From Podarcis cretensis (Eukaryota), in contig OX638149.1 in the NCBI GenBank assembly GCA_951804945.1, forward strand, positions 63,302,001 through 63,366,000: 64,000 nt of DNA. The letters are read 5' to 3'. This document shows positions 61,970 through 64,000 of the stretch, one piece after another; within the stretch, counting starts at the first letter, position 1; the number at the start of each line of letters is the position of its first letter. The translations under genes and the position numbers were made by a program. The notes under the pieces were generated by a model. That model saw only the letters and a list, made by a program, of their open reading frames with translations, searched no databases and was not told the origin of the DNA.

Positions 61970-62215
61970 TGCCAGTGTGGTGTAGTGGTTAAGAGTGGTA
62001 GACTCGTAATCTGGGGAACCGGTTTTGCATCTCCGCTCCTCCACATGCAGCTGCTGTGTGACCTTGGGCTAGTCACACTTCTTGAAGTCTCTCAGCCTCA
62101 CTCACCTTACAGAGTGTTTGTTGTGGGGGAGGAAGGGAAAGGAGAATGTTAGCCGCTTTGAGACTCCTTTGGGTAGTGATAAAGTGGGATATCAAATCCA
62201 TATCAAATCCAAACT
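61970..62215 (+). mobile_element. tRNA-derived SINE with L2-type tail (Squam2-like)
   Basis: A box TGGTGTAGTGGT, MIR-core-like GTGACCTTGGGCTAGTCAC and 3' AGCCGCTTTGAG...AAAGTGGGATAT. Confidence 0.8.
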
Positions 62216-62269
62216 CCTCCTCCTCCTCTTCTTCTTCTTCTTCTTCTTCTTCTTCTTCTTCTTCTTCTT
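62214..62269. repeat. (CTC)n(TTC)n microsatellite
   Basis: Seen directly, at the SINE tail. Confidence 0.97.
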
Positions 62270-62604
62270 TGGAGGGAAGGGTCGCTTATCACTGGTCTCT
62301 CTCTGAACTGAGGGAGAATTAAAGCCAGAGAGTGACCACCGGAGAGATGCCCTGGTGTCTTGGGACGATGGCAGCCTTTTTCCAACAGGCACACCGCCTG
62401 CGGGGGCGTGGCGCCCAGTGTAGGCGGGGAGGGCAACCGCAATGGCACCCCACTGGGATCGCGCTGCCGGGGGCGCTGCACTCCCCCCGCACTTCTCTTC
62501 CTCTGCCAGTGGGGTCCGCACTCCATATCTTCCTCCTACATGAGAGTATCCCCTACCATGCTGGGTCTCCCAGTCACCTTTGAGTTTTTCTTGGGATTAG
62601 GCAC

Positions 62605-62812
62605 CATAGAATCATAGAATTTTAGAGGTGGAAGGGACTCTGAGGGGCACCTAATTTGACCCCTGCAATGCAGGAATCAAAACTAAAGCATTCATGACAG
62701 ATGGCAACCCAAACTCTCTAATCTCTTAAGGTCTTCTTGAATCTCAGTTCTGTCTTCAGCAGCATTGGTTAGCCCTCCTAATTTGGTGTCATCTGCAAAT
62801 TTGATTACCATT
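62605..62812 (-). mobile_element. CR1-type 3' end
   Basis: (ATTCTATG)2 tail, seen on the plus strand as CATAGAATCATAGAAT, and a GTCCCTTCC-like 3' motif. Confidence 0.65.
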
Positions 62813-63681
62813 GTGTCAAATAAGTGCTGCCTGTTTGTTTATTTAATAAACAAAACACTGAGGTCATGAATATGACACATCTGGAAGGCAACATAAAAGT
62901 ACTTAAAACTGGATACAAAAATGGAGGGATTATCCTTTGGCAACAGAAGGACAATTGAAACAAAGTGCTTCTAGTGCTTACTTAATATCAATAGGCAAAA
63001 AGTTCCGCAACCCAGTGTAGACACACTAAGCATTTTTTTAAATTTATTCTTTTGGTAGAATGAGGGTGAACATTATATATGGGCCTTTGGTCTGATCTTT
63101 TTTTGTTTCCTGGGCTGCAGAGGAAGAGCTGCCTTCTACTCATGCAATGTTGGACACAAGTGATACTTATTTTATAGACTAAATTTAGCATCCTCAAAAG
63201 AGGAAAAATATACCAGAATATGGATTCTACATTTTTTTTTCATGCATTCTCATGGTGCAATGTTTATGTTCCTTGCTGGCATGGGTTTGAAGGAATATGA
63301 AACAACAGGCTGTTCTCTTGGGTTTATTATTGTCACTGCACCCTGAGATAATGCAGCAGTGATACCAGGAGATAGCAAGGTAGAAGTGATCATTATTTCT
63401 GAAACTCAGCCATGCATCAGGTAATGATTTGTTCCTATTAGCTTGGTAACACTGTGTGAATTTTATTAGCCAAAATCAGCTTTACTTCTTATTTTCTTGG
63501 CCTGGTTTCCAGCAGAGGTGTTGCTTATTGAGTAAGAAAGAAGCACAGGAGAATGAAAAAGAGAGGAGGACAATATGTGGGTTGTTGATTTTCACGTGCC
63601 AGTGAGCCTCAGCTAAGATGAAGGGGAAACGTCTACCAACAAGTTACGGTATATGGGAAGACGTTGTTTATATGTATAGAC

Positions 63682-64000
63682 CAGGGGTAGGCAAACTAAG
63701 GCACAGGGGCTGGATGCGGCCCAATCGTCTTCTCAGTCCAGCCCACAGACGGTCCAGGAATCAGTGTGTTTTTACATGAGTAGAATGTGTCCTTTTATTT
63801 AAAATGCATCTCTGGGTTATTTGTGGGGCCTACCTGCTGTTTTTACATGAGTAGAATGTGTGCTTTTATTTAAAATGAATCTCTGGGTTATTTGTGGGGC
63901 ATAGAAATTCATTCATTTCCCCCCTCAAAATATAGTCCGCCCCCCCCCAGAAGGTCTGAGGGACAGTGGACCGGCCCACGGCTGAAAAAGGTTGCTGGTG
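63682..64000. mobile_element. hAT-like MITE (cut by the window end)
   Basis: Left end CAGGGGTAGGCAAACT and right end ...AAAAGGTTGCTG. Internal ~70-bp tandem duplication (TTTTTACATGAGTAGAATGTG...TTATTTGTGGGGC x2). Confidence 0.75.

Noticed and set aside
62390-62515. CpG island or promoter
   Set aside because: Only about 125 bp, and it resembles the GC-rich end of a DNA-transposon MITE.

Overview
Vertebrate genomic DNA, almost certainly from a squamate reptile and probably a lacertid lizard (inferred from Sauria SINEs, squamate BovB and other repeats typical of lizards). It is AT-rich, CpG-depleted intronic or intergenic sequence. I could not recognise any host protein-coding gene, only a few isolated candidate exons. 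Mobile elements dominate. (1) A full-length, nearly intact RTE-BovB LINE (36349-39572, minus strand; 1029-aa endonuclease + reverse transcriptase ORF; 11-bp target-site duplication, TSD). Its 5' end folds by inspection into an HDV-like double pseudoknot that begins exactly at the element's first base. Three 5'-truncated BovB copies and three BovB-dependent Sauria SINEs are also present. (2) The 3' part of a tyrosine-recombinase (YR, Ngaro/DIRS-type) retroelement (about 59525-60687): the recombinase C-terminus, an open SGNH-hydrolase ORF with a splice acceptor at its 5' end, and a densely base-paired ~375-nt 3' region. A non-coding relative sharing that 3' region lies inverted at about 41990-43200. 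(3) Many MITEs (Tc1/mariner-type with TA TSDs, and hAT-like), solo LTRs, CR1/L2/L1 remnants, tRNA-derived SINEs, microsatellites and several isolated hairpins. All family assignments come from reading the sequence and from recalled family features; no searches or folding programs were run.
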